Source: Betaproteobacteria bacterium (GTDB taxonomy: Bacteria > Pseudomonadota > Gammaproteobacteria > Burkholderiales > Burkholderiaceae_C). From it: a DNA stretch of 49,747 nt. Where the stretch lies: NCBI GenBank assembly GCA_031381865.1, contig JANMYG010000098.1, forward strand, positions 1-49,747. The letters are read 5' to 3'. Both the position numbers and the translations under genes were made by a program. Shown in pieces: positions 33,894 through 44,817 of the stretch. A model generated the notes under the pieces. That model did no database searches, was not told the DNA's origin, and saw only the letters and a list, made by a program, of their open reading frames with translations. The stretch's first letter is position 1; each line of letters opens with the position of its first letter.

Positions 33894-34442
33894 GTGCCGG
33901 CCGGTCCAATTGTTCGCGCCGCCGCGATCGGCAGCGACGGCGTATTTGTGTCTGTCACGCCGCTGGCGCCACCGCTCGCCCGGCGGATGGCCTGCTGGCT
34001 GTACGAAGGGATGCTGCTGTTCGGCGTTGTATTCATTGCCGGGTACCTGTTCGGGGCTCTCAGTCAGACACGCAACGCGATGGACAACCGGAATGCGCTG
34101 CAGGCGTTCCTGTTCGTGGTTTTCGGGATCTATTTCACCTGGTTCTGGTCCCGCGGACAAACGCTCGCGATGAAGACCTGGAACATCCGGCTCGTCGATG
34201 CGCATGGACGGCCAGTCACGCAAGGGCGGGCCTTTGTGCGGTACCTGCTGAGCTGGCTTTGGTTTCTGCCACCAGTCGCAACAATGTCCCGGTTCAATCT
34301 GTCTGGCGCTGAGACGCTGGCCGCGGTCGCCGGTTGGGTCATCGTCTGGGCGTTGCTGAGCCGATTTCACCCACAACGCCAATACTGGCATGACGCCTGG
34401 GCCGGGACGCGGCTGGTCGCTGCCACCCCCATCGTCCGCTGA
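33894..34442 (+). CDS. RDD family membrane protein
   Basis: RRMACWLYE, GQTLAMKTWNIRLV, WHDAWAGTRLV; start approximate. Confidence 0.85.
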   Translation: MPAGPIVRAAAIGSDGVFVSVTPLAPPLARRMACWLYEGMLLFGVVFIAGYLFGALSQTRNAMDNRNALQAFLFVVFGIYFTWFWSRGQTLAMKTWNIRLVDAHGRPVTQGRAFVRYLLSWLWFLPPVATMSRFNLSGAETLAAVAGWVIVWALLSRFHPQRQYWHDAWAGTRLVAATPIVR

Positions 34443-34511
34443 ACCCGCGGGCCATGGGCTTTTTGCAGCCGGCCCGGGGTTGCGAGCGCCCTGCTGCGCG
34501 ACAATGGATAC

Positions 34512-34925
34512 ATGGCACTCCTGCATCCCGAACCCGCCTCCTCGGGCGACGCCAATCCACAAAAAGCACGCACCGGATTGGACCGGATTTGGCATGCCAC
34601 CCGGTATTCGATGGCCGGCCTGCAGGCTGGGTGGCGTGAAACCGCGTTCCGCCAGGAAGCACTTGCCGCCGTGCTGCTGGCGCCATTGGCGTTGTGGATT
34701 GGTCAAACCTGGGTCGAACGCAGTCTGCTCGCGGGCGCGGTCTTTTTGGTGCTGATCGTCGAATTGCTCAATACCGGCATCGAAACTGCCATCGACCGCG
34801 TTGGTCCGGAGTGGCACGACTTGTCCAAACGTGCCAAGGACATCGGCAGTGCGGCCGTGCTGCTGAGCCTGGTGTTATGCGGCGCAATATGGGCTGGTGC
34901 ACTTTGGCACCGGTTTGTTGCATGA
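34512..34925 (+). CDS. dgkA: Diacylglycerol kinase
   Basis: YSMAGL, ETAFRQE, ELLNTGIETAIDR, AKDIGSAAV. Confidence 0.92.
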   Translation: MALLHPEPASSGDANPQKARTGLDRIWHATRYSMAGLQAGWRETAFRQEALAAVLLAPLALWIGQTWVERSLLAGAVFLVLIVELLNTGIETAIDRVGPEWHDLSKRAKDIGSAAVLLSLVLCGAIWAGALWHRFVA

Positions 34926-34986
34926 GCGCAGCGGCGTCCAGAGCGAAGCTCCACAGCCTCCAATCATCATGCCATTTCCCCCAAAA

Positions 34987-35592
34987 ATGAAGTTAAAAGG
35001 CACACCAGCAAGCGCGGCGTTTTCCGTCTGCGTCTACTGCGGTTCACGCGCTGGCGCGTCGCCCGAATACCGCGCGGCGGCGGTGGCTGTTGGCATCTGG
35101 ATCGGCCAGCATGGCGGCCAGCTGGTCTATGGCGGTGGCAAGAGCGGTTTGATGGGAGTCCTCGCGGACGCAACACTTCAGGCCGGCGGAACAGCGATCG
35201 GAATTATCCCGGCCGCGCTGGTCGAGAAGGAATGCGCACACGACGCCTGCACGGAATTGCATGTCGTTGCCACGATGCACGAACGCAAGCGGATGATGGC
35301 CGAGCGCGCCGACGTATTCTTGGCCCTGCCGGGCGGCATCGGAACCTTCGAAGAACTGTTCGAGGTCTGGACCTGGCGCCAACTGGGCTACCACGACAAA
35401 CCCATCGGGCTCCTGAACGTCGCTGGGTACTACGATCCGCTGCTCGGCTTCCTGCAATCGAGCGTCGACCAGCACTTCATGGACCCGTGGCAGATGGGCC
35501 TCATCCGTACCGGCACGGACCCCGCGCGCCTGTTGCCGGAACTGATACAGGCCGCGGGAATCACCCGCCCATCGAAGCTGGATTCGATCTAG
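34987..35592 (+). CDS. LOG family nucleotide phosphoribohydrolase (TIGR00730-like)
   Basis: VCVYCGS, LVYGGG, MHERK, PGGIGTFEE; start approximate. Confidence 0.88.
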   Translation: MKLKGTPASAAFSVCVYCGSRAGASPEYRAAAVAVGIWIGQHGGQLVYGGGKSGLMGVLADATLQAGGTAIGIIPAALVEKECAHDACTELHVVATMHERKRMMAERADVFLALPGGIGTFEELFEVWTWRQLGYHDKPIGLLNVAGYYDPLLGFLQSSVDQHFMDPWQMGLIRTGTDPARLLPELIQAAGITRPSKLDSI

Positions 35593-35619
35593 TTGCGCCG
35601 CAACCCCGGCACCGCCGAG

Positions 35620-36102
<483 letters not shown>

Positions 36103-37779
36103 TCACTGGCGAAATCTGCTTGTGATCGGGTAGCGCCAATCCTTGCCGAAGCTGCGGTGGGTCACGCGTATGCCTATCGGGGCCTGGCGACGCTTGTACT
36201 CGTTGATCTTGATCAGTTTGGTCACCCGCTCCACATCGGCGCGGGCAATTCCGCCGGCCACGATCGACTCGATGCTCTCATCGTTCTCCATGTAACTCTC
36301 GACGATCGCATCCAGCACTTCGTATGGCGGCAGGCTGTCCTGGTCCTTCTGGTCCGGTCGCAGTTCGGCGCTCGGAGGGCGGGTAATGATCCGCTCGGGG
36401 ATCGGCGCACTGCCGGTACCGTAGGGATCATGCGCGTTGCGCCAGCGTGCCAGCCTGAACACCGTGGTCTTGGCCAGGTCCTTGATGGCCGCAAAGCCTC
36501 CCGCCATGTCGCCATACAGCGTGCAGTATCCGGTCGCGAGTTCGCTTTTGTTGCCTGTGGTCAGCACAATCGCGCCGAACTTGTTGGACAGCGCCATCAG
36601 CAGCGTTCCACGGATGCGCGCCTGGATGTTTTCCTCGGTCGCATCCTCAGCCAATCCGGCAAACTCGCCTGCCAGCGAGGCCTTGAAGGCTCCGAACTCC
36701 GGCACGATCGAGATTTCGTCATAACGCACGCCCAGGCGCGTCGCCATCTCGCGCGCATCGATCCAGCTGATGTCTGCGGTGTATGGCGACGGCATCATGA
36801 CCGTACGGATCCGGTCGGGTCCGAGCGCATCGACGGCAATTGCGAGCACCAGCGCGGAATCGATACCCCCGGACAGCCCCAGGATCGCACCTGGAAAGCC
36901 GTTCTTTCCCAGGTAGTCACGCACCCCCAGCACCAGCGCATCCCACAAATCGGCGTCCAGGCTGCGTTCCGGCTCGATCGTTGCCGCCAGTTCCACCGAG
37001 CGCGCCGTCATCCGGGCTGTCACGACAAACAGCTGCGGCTGGAAACTCAGCGCACGGCCAGCCAGCGCGCCGTCCGCGCCGAGCGCGAACGAATGCCCTT
37101 CGAATACCACCTCGTCCTGCCCCCCCACCAGGTGGGCATACACCATGGGCAGGCCACATGCCAGCACACGCTCGCGCATCTTCTGTTCACGTTCATAACC
37201 CTTGCCCGCGTGAAACGGCGACGCATTGATCACGGCAAGCAGTTGCGCTCCGGCGTCCCTGGCCAGGCGCGCGGGCTCGTCGAACCAGGCGTCCTCGCAA
37301 ATCAGCAAGCCGACCCGCAACGCGTCGGCGCCGTCTCCCGCCTCGAAAACGCACACACTCGTGCCTGGCGTGAAGTAGCGCCGCTCGTCAAAAACCTGGT
37401 AGTTTGGCAACTCGCGCTTGGCATAGGTCTGCAGCACACGCCCCTCCCTGATCACGCTGGCCGCGTTGAATCGGCTTTGGACCGCGACCGACCTGGTGCG
37501 GCTGTCACCACCGATCGGGTGGCCGACCACGACCGTCATGCCCTTTAACGCCGCCAGCGCGCGGACCACTGTTTCCACGGCATCATCACAGGCCGAGATG
37601 AAAGCGGGACGCAGGAACAGGTCTTCCGCCGCGTAACCGCAGATCGACAGTTCCGGGGTCAACATCAGCCGCGCGCCATCTTCGTAGGCTCGGCGGGCTG
37701 CGGCAATAATCATCTGCGCATTACCGTCCAGGTCGCCAACGTGCAGGTTAAGCTGGGCCACACAGATCTTGAGATTCAT
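36103..37779 (-). CDS. nadE: Glutamine-dependent NAD+ synthetase
   Basis: N-terminal nitrilase-type domain (PEL, KRELPNY, ICEDAW) plus LGLSGGIDS, NIQARIRG, TGNKSE, PPSAEL. Confidence 0.95.
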   Translation of the reverse strand: MNLKICVAQLNLHVGDLDGNAQMIIAAARRAYEDGARLMLTPELSICGYAAEDLFLRPAFISACDDAVETVVRALAALKGMTVVVGHPIGGDSRTRSVAVQSRFNAASVIREGRVLQTYAKRELPNYQVFDERRYFTPGTSVCVFEAGDGADALRVGLLICEDAWFDEPARLARDAGAQLLAVINASPFHAGKGYEREQKMRERVLACGLPMVYAHLVGGQDEVVFEGHSFALGADGALAGRALSFQPQLFVVTARMTARSVELAATIEPERSLDADLWDALVLGVRDYLGKNGFPGAILGLSGGIDSALVLAIAVDALGPDRIRTVMMPSPYTADISWIDAREMATRLGVRYDEISIVPEFGAFKASLAGEFAGLAEDATEENIQARIRGTLLMALSNKFGAIVLTTGNKSELATGYCTLYGDMAGGFAAIKDLAKTTVFRLARWRNAHDPYGTGSAPIPERIITRPPSAELRPDQKDQDSLPPYEVLDAIVESYMENDESIESIVAGGIARADVERVTKLIKINEYKRRQAPIGIRVTHRSFGKDWRYPITSRFRQ

Positions 37780-37872
37780 GACAACACAATTTGCCGTTAG
37801 GGTTGAGACGGCCATCGCCGGCGAAAAAAGTGCACATCGAGGTGCGCTGGCGCAGCGCGAGCGGGGCCTGGC

Positions 37873-39075
37873 GTGAGTCACGCAGATTATGTCATCGAGG
37901 TCGTGAATTCACCTCTGGACATCGACGCGGCCGACTGGAACCAGCTGCTTGCGCTGCAGCACGACGCCAGCCCGTTCATGCGCCACGAGTACCTCGCCGC
38001 CATGCACGAGAGCCGCAGCGCCGTGCCCAAGACCGGCTGGACGCCGCGCTTCGTCACGCTTTGGCGCCCGAACACCGCGTCCGGCGGTGGACGCGAACTG
38101 TGGGGCGCCTGTGCGCTGTACCTGAAGGACCACTCCTACGGTGAATATGTCTTCGACCATGCGTGGGCCAATGCCTACCACCAGCACGGCTTGCCGTACT
38201 ATCCAAAAGCGCTGGTCGCGCCGCCGTTCACACCGGTGCCGGGCGCGCGACTGCTCGCGCGCGACGAGCCAACACGCCGGGCGCTGGCCACAGCGCTTAC
38301 GCAATGGTGCATGCAGGCCGGTCTGTCGTCCCTGCATGTGCTGTTCGCCAGCGAAGCGGACGTGGCCGCATGTGCCGCCGTCGGCATGATGCTGCGCCAC
38401 AACGTCCAGTTCCACTGGACCAACCGGGTGCCCGGCTACGGGGATTTCGATGATTTCCTGGACTCGCTGAGCCAGGACAAGCGCAAGAAGATCCGCCAGG
38501 AGCGGCGCAAGGTAGCTCAGGCGGGCGTCACGTTCCACGCGTCGGTCGGCGACGGCATCAGCGCAGCCGAATGGGATTTCGTCTACCGCTGTTACGAGCG
38601 GACCTACTACGAACACGGCAACGCGCCGTACCTCAGCCGCGATTTCTTCCATCGGATGGCGCGCGACATGGCGAACAACTGGTTGCTGTTCGTGGGCGAA
38701 CGGGCGGGTCGACCGATCGCGGCCAGCCTGATCGTTCTCAATGACCCGGGCGCCGACGCGGCGGCCGCGCGGGTCGCCTATGGGCGTTATTGGGGCGCGC
38801 TCGAGCGCGTCGACTGCCTGCACTTCGAGGCCTGTTATTACCAGCCACTGCAATGGTGCATCGCGCACGGCTACCAGCGCTTCGAAGGCGGCGCCCAGGG
38901 TGAACACAAGATGGCGCGTGCGCTGCTGCCGGTGAAGACAACCAGCGCCCATTGGCTGGCGCACCCGTCGTTCGCCGACGCGGTGGAAAAATTCCTTCGG
39001 CGCGAAGGCGACGGCATAAACAACTACATGGAACAACTGGAGCAGCGCAACCCGTTCAAGGTCGCGCCGGGGTGA
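37873..39075 (+). CDS. GNAT/FemAB-like protein (DUF482 family)
   Basis: HSYGEYVFDHAWA, PFTPVPGARLL, YGRYWG, LHFEACYYQ, FEGGAQGEHKMAR. Confidence 0.85.
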   Translation: MSHADYVIEVVNSPLDIDAADWNQLLALQHDASPFMRHEYLAAMHESRSAVPKTGWTPRFVTLWRPNTASGGGRELWGACALYLKDHSYGEYVFDHAWANAYHQHGLPYYPKALVAPPFTPVPGARLLARDEPTRRALATALTQWCMQAGLSSLHVLFASEADVAACAAVGMMLRHNVQFHWTNRVPGYGDFDDFLDSLSQDKRKKIRQERRKVAQAGVTFHASVGDGISAAEWDFVYRCYERTYYEHGNAPYLSRDFFHRMARDMANNWLLFVGERAGRPIAASLIVLNDPGADAAAARVAYGRYWGALERVDCLHFEACYYQPLQWCIAHGYQRFEGGAQGEHKMARALLPVKTTSAHWLAHPSFADAVEKFLRREGDGINNYMEQLEQRNPFKVAPG

Positions 39076-39094
39076 GGCGCTGCCGAGGCGGTAA

Positions 39095-39760
39095 CTACTG
39101 CGTCTTCGCCTTCTGGGCTGCGAGCAGGCGCTGCGTGTCCACCTTGCGGTCTTCGTTGACGCGGCCCACGGTCGCCCGGCTCCCCATGGCGCGCACATAG
39201 TCCTTTACCGGCATCGCCGCCAGCAGGTCTTCGCCGTAGATGAGTTTGGACGCACCCGCGACGATTGGCAAATGCACGATCGCCGCACAATCCGCCAGGG
39301 TGAACTGGTCGCCCGCCACATACGGAGAAAAACGGGCGATCCTGGAAAATGCCGCGGCGCCGCGCGTGAGCAGCACACGCGTCCGATCCTTGGTCAGATC
39401 GCTGACCTTGCCACCAAAAAAGGCCTCCGGGTACAACTCCCGCGCGACCAGTTCCAGGTGCAACTCGATGTACACCACCAATTCGCGCACTTTGGCCGCG
39501 GCAAAGGCATCCGCCGGCAGGAGCGGATGCTGCGGATAAACCGCCTCGATGTATTCAGCACAAGCCATGGATTCCGATATACAGCCATGGTCGGTCTCGA
39601 GGAAGGGTACCTTGCCCATCGGCGAGCGCTCAAGCAGGCGGGGCTCCGACGTGCCGGTGGAAACCAGCTCCTCCTCGAACGGCACGTCTTTCTCAAGCAA
39701 CTGCAGCTTGATCTGGTTGTAGTAATTGCTGGCCGAGAAGCCGCAGAGTTTGAGCGTCAT
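39095..39760 (-). CDS. Glutathione S-transferase family protein
   Basis: SNYYN, SPMGKVPFL, ISESMAC, YVAGDQFTLADC. Confidence 0.88.
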   Translation of the reverse strand: MTLKLCGFSASNYYNQIKLQLLEKDVPFEEELVSTGTSEPRLLERSPMGKVPFLETDHGCISESMACAEYIEAVYPQHPLLPADAFAAAKVRELVVYIELHLELVARELYPEAFFGGKVSDLTKDRTRVLLTRGAAAFSRIARFSPYVAGDQFTLADCAAIVHLPIVAGASKLIYGEDLLAAMPVKDYVRAMGSRATVGRVNEDRKVDTQRLLAAQKAKTQ

Positions 39761-39934
39761 GGAGGGTCCCCGCGTCATGGTGGATGGTGGAAATGGCGAG
39801 CGGCAATTATGCAAAGGCGCGCCAGTTGCCCCGAGTCGCTGGCGCGACTCGAAAATGCACCAAAGTGGCCGAGCACGTGTGGGTGCGACGAACCGCTGCC
39901 TAGAATGCGGACAGATTTTTGGAAAAGGAGTGCC

Positions 39935-40921
39935 ATGACGATCCGCCACCCGAGCCGCCGCGTCTTCCTGGCCGCATCCGCCACCGCGGTAGCGGCCGTA
40001 GGCTTTCCCGGCCTGGTATGTGCGCAGGCCTTTCCGGCACGCCCGATCAAATACGTCTGTCCTTGGCCGGCCGGCGGCTCGACCGACGTGGTCATGCGCG
40101 CGATTGCCGAAAGCGCTGGAAAAGCGCTCGGACAAGCCATCGTCATCGAGAACAAGCCCGGCGCCGGCGGCATGCTGGGCGCCAACGAACTGGTCAATGC
40201 CAAGCCCGACGGGTACACGCTGGCGCAGTTGCCACACGGGGTGTTCCGCTTTCCGCACATGCAGAAGACCCAGTTCGACACGCTCAAGGACTTCACCTGG
40301 ATCGCGTGCCTCACCGGTTACACGTTTGGCTTGGTAGTGCCGGCCGACTCGCCGCTCAAGAACATCAAGGATCTGGTGGCGTTTGCGAAGGCCAACCCGG
40401 AAAAACTCACCTATGGCTCGACCGGCGCTGGCACCAGCCCCCATCTGGCGGTAGAGGAGTTCGCGCAACGCGCCGGGATCAAACTGACGCACGTTCCTTT
40501 CAAGGGCAATGCCGACAATATGCAGGCGGTCTTGGGCGGCCACATCATGGCCGCCAGCGATGCCACTGGCTGGGGTCCGCATGTGGACGCGGGCAAGCTG
40601 CGCCTGCTGGCCACCTATGGCAGCAAACGCACCAAACGCTGGCCCAACGTACCGACCCTCGATGAGTTGGGTTACCAGACCGTGTCCGACTCGCCGTTCG
40701 GTGTCTGTGGCCCCAGGAACATGGATCCGGCGGTCGTCAGGACGCTGCACGATGCGTTCCGCAAGACTCTGGAAGACCCGGCTGTGCTGGGCGTGTTCGA
40801 CAAATACGACCAGTCCGTCATCTACATGAACACCGACGCGTACACCAGGTTCGCGCGCGACAGCTTCGCGTCCGAAAAGGGGACGATCGAGCGCCTGGGC
40901 CTCGCGAACAAGGGCAGCTAG
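39935..40921 (+). CDS. Bug/TctC tripartite tricarboxylate transporter substrate-binding protein
   Basis: Tat-like SRRVFL signal, PWPAGGSTD, ENKPGAGG, PDGYTL, HVPFKG; AAGGAG RBS. Confidence 0.9.
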   Translation: MTIRHPSRRVFLAASATAVAAVGFPGLVCAQAFPARPIKYVCPWPAGGSTDVVMRAIAESAGKALGQAIVIENKPGAGGMLGANELVNAKPDGYTLAQLPHGVFRFPHMQKTQFDTLKDFTWIACLTGYTFGLVVPADSPLKNIKDLVAFAKANPEKLTYGSTGAGTSPHLAVEEFAQRAGIKLTHVPFKGNADNMQAVLGGHIMAASDATGWGPHVDAGKLRLLATYGSKRTKRWPNVPTLDELGYQTVSDSPFGVCGPRNMDPAVVRTLHDAFRKTLEDPAVLGVFDKYDQSVIYMNTDAYTRFARDSFASEKGTIERLGLANKGS

Positions 40922-40923
40922 CG

Positions 40924-41706
40924 GTGGCTGGCAAGTCGAGTTCCGACGAACATCCGGCGCCCAGTGCCTGGCTGCTGGCCATGGAATTCCGGGCGCCATG
41001 GGAGTTCGGGGCGATCCTTCCGGCGTGGTTCACGCTGCAACGCGCGCCTACCGGAGATGGCCACTCGGTGATCGTCTTCCCGGGCCTGTCGGCCAGCGAC
41101 GTGTCGACTGTGCCATTGCGCAGCTACCTCGAGCGCCTGGGTTACGGCGTGTCAGGCTGGAACCAGGGATTCAACTTCGGGCCGCGTGCGGGCGTGCTCA
41201 AGACCGCCAAGTGGCAGATCGAGCAAGCCGTTGCCGCCACCGGCCGGCGCGTGAGCCTGATCGGCTGGAGCCTGGGTGGCATCTACGCCAGGGAACTGGC
41301 CAAGGAAATGCCGGACCACGTGCGCAGCGTCATCACCCTGGGCACGCCGTTTGCCGGCTCCCACAGAAGCACCAACGCCTGGCGCGTCTACGAACTCACG
41401 AGCGGACGCGACATCGCGCACGAGACCGCCCGCTACGATCTGCCGCGGGCCCCTTCCGCGCCCACGACCTCGGTTTTTTCCCGTACCGATGGCATCGTAG
41501 CGTGGCAGGCCAGCATTCAGGCGCCATGCAAGGACAACCCGCTGACCGAGAATATCGAAGTGGTCGCCAGCCATGTCGGCCTCGGGTTGAACCCGAGCGC
41601 GTGGTGGGCGGTGGCGGACCGCCTGGCGCAGCCCGAAGGGCAGTGGCGGCGCTTCGAGCGCAAGCCCGGGCTGCATGGCGTGATCTTTCCGGATCCACAC
41701 CGCTGA
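40924..41706 (+). CDS. Alpha/beta hydrolase (lipase/PGAP1-like)
   Basis: VFPGL, nucleophile elbow GWSLGG, ITLGTPF, DGIV, SHVGL. Confidence 0.82.
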   Translation: MAGKSSSDEHPAPSAWLLAMEFRAPWEFGAILPAWFTLQRAPTGDGHSVIVFPGLSASDVSTVPLRSYLERLGYGVSGWNQGFNFGPRAGVLKTAKWQIEQAVAATGRRVSLIGWSLGGIYARELAKEMPDHVRSVITLGTPFAGSHRSTNAWRVYELTSGRDIAHETARYDLPRAPSAPTTSVFSRTDGIVAWQASIQAPCKDNPLTENIEVVASHVGLGLNPSAWWAVADRLAQPEGQWRRFERKPGLHGVIFPDPHR

Positions 41707-41721
41707 TCCGGGGCGGGTGGT

Positions 41722-42258
41722 TCAGGCGTGTTGCCGGTTGTAGCTGGCAATGCCGTCCATGATCTCCTTGCGCGCCGAGTCAGCACCTTCCCAGCCGACG
41801 ATCTTGACCCACTTGCCCACCTCGAGATCCTTGTAGTGCTCGAAAAAGTGCGCAATCGTCTTGAGTCGAAGCGGATTCAGGTCTTCGGGCTTTTGCCATT
41901 GGCTGTAGATCGACAGGATCTTGTCCACTGGCACCGCGAGAACCTTGCCGTCTTCCCCGGCTTCGTCCTGCATCTTCAAGATGCCGATCGGCCGGCACGT
42001 GACGACGACGCCCGGAATCAGCGGTACCGGCGTGATCACGAGCACATCGACAGGATCCCCGTCGCCGCTGATGGTTTTCGGGACATAGCCGTAGTTGGTC
42101 GGGTAATGCATCGAGGTGCTCATGAAGCGGTCCACAAAGATCGCGCCGGATGCCTTGTCCACCTCGTATTTCACCGGGTCGGCGTTCATCGGTATCTCGA
42201 TGATCACGTTGAACGCATCTGGCACATTGCTTCCAGGGGTGACTTTGTCCAGGGACAT
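41722..42258 (-). CDS. ppa: Soluble inorganic pyrophosphatase (family I)
   Basis: [29 protein letters not shown]. Confidence 0.95.
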   Translation of the reverse strand: MSLDKVTPGSNVPDAFNVIIEIPMNADPVKYEVDKASGAIFVDRFMSTSMHYPTNYGYVPKTISGDGDPVDVLVITPVPLIPGVVVTCRPIGILKMQDEAGEDGKVLAVPVDKILSIYSQWQKPEDLNPLRLKTIAHFFEHYKDLEVGKWVKIVGWEGADSARKEIMDGIASYNRQHA

Positions 42259-42538
42259 GGTGGGGGAGCTCCGCTTGTTGCAGGGTTGAGAGGCAGGTCG
42301 GTATTAACCCTGATTTTACTGACGCCCCACTTGCACCCTCCGAAAAGCCTGGATTTTGCAGTTACAGTTCCGGCGTTGGCCAATCGTCTCCTGACCGGGA
42401 CGCACGAGGAAGCAACGCAGCGGGGGCTCCGCATGCGTTGTGCCCCCTTAAGCGAAACCGAAGTCCTCGGACTTTGCGGTGCAGACCGCCGCCCCGACCC
42501 GGGCGCGCCCTGCTCCCAATTGATTAGGAGTGATGACT

Positions 42539-44680
42539 ATGACGGGCAACTCGGTGCTACTACTGGCACTCGTTTGCGGGTTCATTGCCGTGGGATACGG
42601 TTTTTGGGCACGCAGTTGGATTCTTTCCCAGGACGCGGGCAATTCGCGCATGCAGGAGATCGCGGCCGCGATCCAGACCGGTGCGGCCGCCTACCTGGCG
42701 CGCCAGTACAAGACCATCGCCATGGTGGGCGTGGTCCTGACGATACTGATCGGCATCTTTCTTGACCCGCTGAGTGCGATCGGGTTCGTGATCGGGGCGG
42801 TCCTGTCGGGCGCATGCGGCTTCATCGGCATGAACGTTTCGGTGCGTGCCAATGTCCGGACGGCGCAGGCGGCGACCAGGGGCATCGGCCCGGCGCTGGA
42901 TGTGGCATTCCGCGGTGGCGCGATCACCGGCATGCTGGTGGTCGGTCTGGGCCTGCTGGGCGTGACGGCGTTCTACTGGTACCTGGTGCCCGATGGCGCG
43001 CCGACCGCGGCCAGGCTCAACCCCTTGATCGGCTTCGCGTTCGGCTCTTCGCTGATCTCGATCTTCGCGCGGCTCGGGGGCGGCATATTCACCAAGGGTG
43101 CCGACGTCGGCGCCGACCTGGTCGGAAAAGTCGAGGCCGGCATCCCCGAGGACGACCCACGCAACCCGGCCGTGATCGCCGACAACGTGGGTGACAACGT
43201 GGGTGACTGCGCCGGCATGGCCGCCGACCTGTTCGAAACCTATGCCGTGACCCTGATCGCCACCATGGTGCTGGGCGCGCTGCTGGTCGCCGGTGGCGGG
43301 AGCAGCACCGTGATCTATCCGCTGGCGCTGGGCGCCGTGTCAATCGTGGCATCGATCATCGGCTGCTTCTTCGTCAAGGCGTCGCCCGGCATGAAGAACG
43401 TGATGCCGGCCCTGTACAAGGGCCTCGCGGTAGCCGGCATCCTGTCGCTGATCGCGTTCTATTTCGTGACGCAGTCGCTCATTGCCGACAACGCCCTGGG
43501 CGGCACCGGCGCTCCGATGCGGCTGTTTGGCGCCTGCGCCGTGGGCCTGGTGCTGACCGCTGCACTGGTCTGGATCACCGAGTACTACACCGGTACACAA
43601 TACGGCCCGGTCCAGCATATCGCGCAGGCGTCGACCACCGGCCACGGCACCAACATCATCGCGGGCCTCGGCGTCTCGATGCGTTCCACCGCGTGGCCGG
43701 TGATTTTTGTCTGTGTGGCGATCTGGGTGGCGTTCAAGATGGCGGGGCTGTACGGCATCGCGATCGCCGCCACATCGATGCTGAGCATGGCCGGCATCGT
43801 GGTCGCGCTCGACGCCTATGGCCCCATCACCGACAACGCCGGCGGCATCGCCGAAATGTCCGAGATGCCCAAAAGCGTGCGCGACATCACCGACCCGCTG
43901 GACGCCGTCGGCAACACCACCAAGGCCGTCACCAAGGGTTATGCCATCGGCTCCGCCGGTCTGGCGGCGCTGGTCCTGTTCGCCGACTACACCCACAAGC
44001 TGGAAGCCTACGGCAAGGTGATCAGTTTCGACCTGAGCGATCCGATGGTGATCATCGGCCTGTTCATCGGCGGCCTGATCCCCTACCTGTTCGGCGCGAT
44101 GGCGATGGAAGCCGTGGGCCGCGCTGCCGGCTCCGTGGTGGTCGAAGTGCGACGCCAGTTCCGCGAGATCAAGGGCATCATGGAAGGCACGGCGAAGCCC
44201 GAGTACGGCCGGGCGGTGGACATGCTGACGACCGCGGCGATCAAGGAAATGATGATCCCGTCGCTGCTGCCGGTGGTGGTGCCGATTCTGGTGGGGCTGT
44301 TGCTTGGACCGGCGGCCCTGGGCGGCTTGCTGATGGGAACCATCGTGACCGGCCTGTTCGTCGCCATTTCCATGTGCACCGGCGGCGGTGCCTGGGACAA
44401 CGCCAAGAAGTACATCGAAGACGGGCACCATGGCGGCAAGGGCTCGGAAACGCACAAGGCCGCCGTCACCGGCGACACCGTGGGTGATCCGTACAAGGAC
44501 ACGGCTGGCCCGGCAATCAATCCGCTGATCAAGATCATCAACATCGTGGCGCTGCTGATCGTTCCATTGGTGATGCAGATCCACGGGTCCAAGGTGGCGG
44601 CGGCCGAGCCACCGGCCACGGCTCCGGCGGCGATGACAGCACCCGCGGCGGTGGCTCCGGCCAGCGCAGCCTCGCAGTGA
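42539..44680 (+). CDS. hppA: Membrane-bound H+-translocating pyrophosphatase, predicted K+-independent
   Basis: [34 protein letters not shown] (Lys at the K+-dependence position), [19 protein letters not shown]. Confidence 0.93.
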   Translation: MTGNSVLLLALVCGFIAVGYGFWARSWILSQDAGNSRMQEIAAAIQTGAAAYLARQYKTIAMVGVVLTILIGIFLDPLSAIGFVIGAVLSGACGFIGMNVSVRANVRTAQAATRGIGPALDVAFRGGAITGMLVVGLGLLGVTAFYWYLVPDGAPTAARLNPLIGFAFGSSLISIFARLGGGIFTKGADVGADLVGKVEAGIPEDDPRNPAVIADNVGDNVGDCAGMAADLFETYAVTLIATMVLGALLVAGGGSSTVIYPLALGAVSIVASIIGCFFVKASPGMKNVMPALYKGLAVAGILSLIAFYFVTQSLIADNALGGTGAPMRLFGACAVGLVLTAALVWITEYYTGTQYGPVQHIAQASTTGHGTNIIAGLGVSMRSTAWPVIFVCVAIWVAFKMAGLYGIAIAATSMLSMAGIVVALDAYGPITDNAGGIAEMSEMPKSVRDITDPLDAVGNTTKAVTKGYAIGSAGLAALVLFADYTHKLEAYGKVISFDLSDPMVIIGLFIGGLIPYLFGAMAMEAVGRAAGSVVVEVRRQFREIKGIMEGTAKPEYGRAVDMLTTAAIKEMMIPSLLPVVVPILVGLLLGPAALGGLLMGTIVTGLFVAISMCTGGGAWDNAKKYIEDGHHGGKGSETHKAAVTGDTVGDPYKDTAGPAINPLIKIINIVALLIVPLVMQIHGSKVAAAEPPATAPAAMTAPAAVAPASAASQ

Positions 44681-44733
44681 CAGTGCGGATGACCCGCGGC
44701 GCCTGAGCCAGCGGGCAGCGCCGGTCCTCGCCA

Positions 44734-44758
44734 TGGCCCGCCCCCGCGGGCCACTTTT
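44734..44758 (+). terminator. Terminator after hppA
   Basis: TGGCCCGC-CCCC-GCGGGCCA followed by CTTTT. Confidence 0.55.
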
Positions 44759-44817
44759 CATGGCTCGATTGGCCTGGCGCAGCCGCAGATCGGCACGGGC
44801 TGAGCGAAAATGGCGGC

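Noticed and set aside
39095-40999. Apparent 634-aa GST fusion and 549-aa Bug fusion ORFs
   Set aside because: The extensions are antisense read-through of the divergent neighbour; real starts are at 39760 (GST) and 39935 (Bug, with RBS)
44590-44680. Ala/Pro-rich repetitive tail of HppA
   Set aside because: Low-complexity C-terminal extension, not a DNA repeat array
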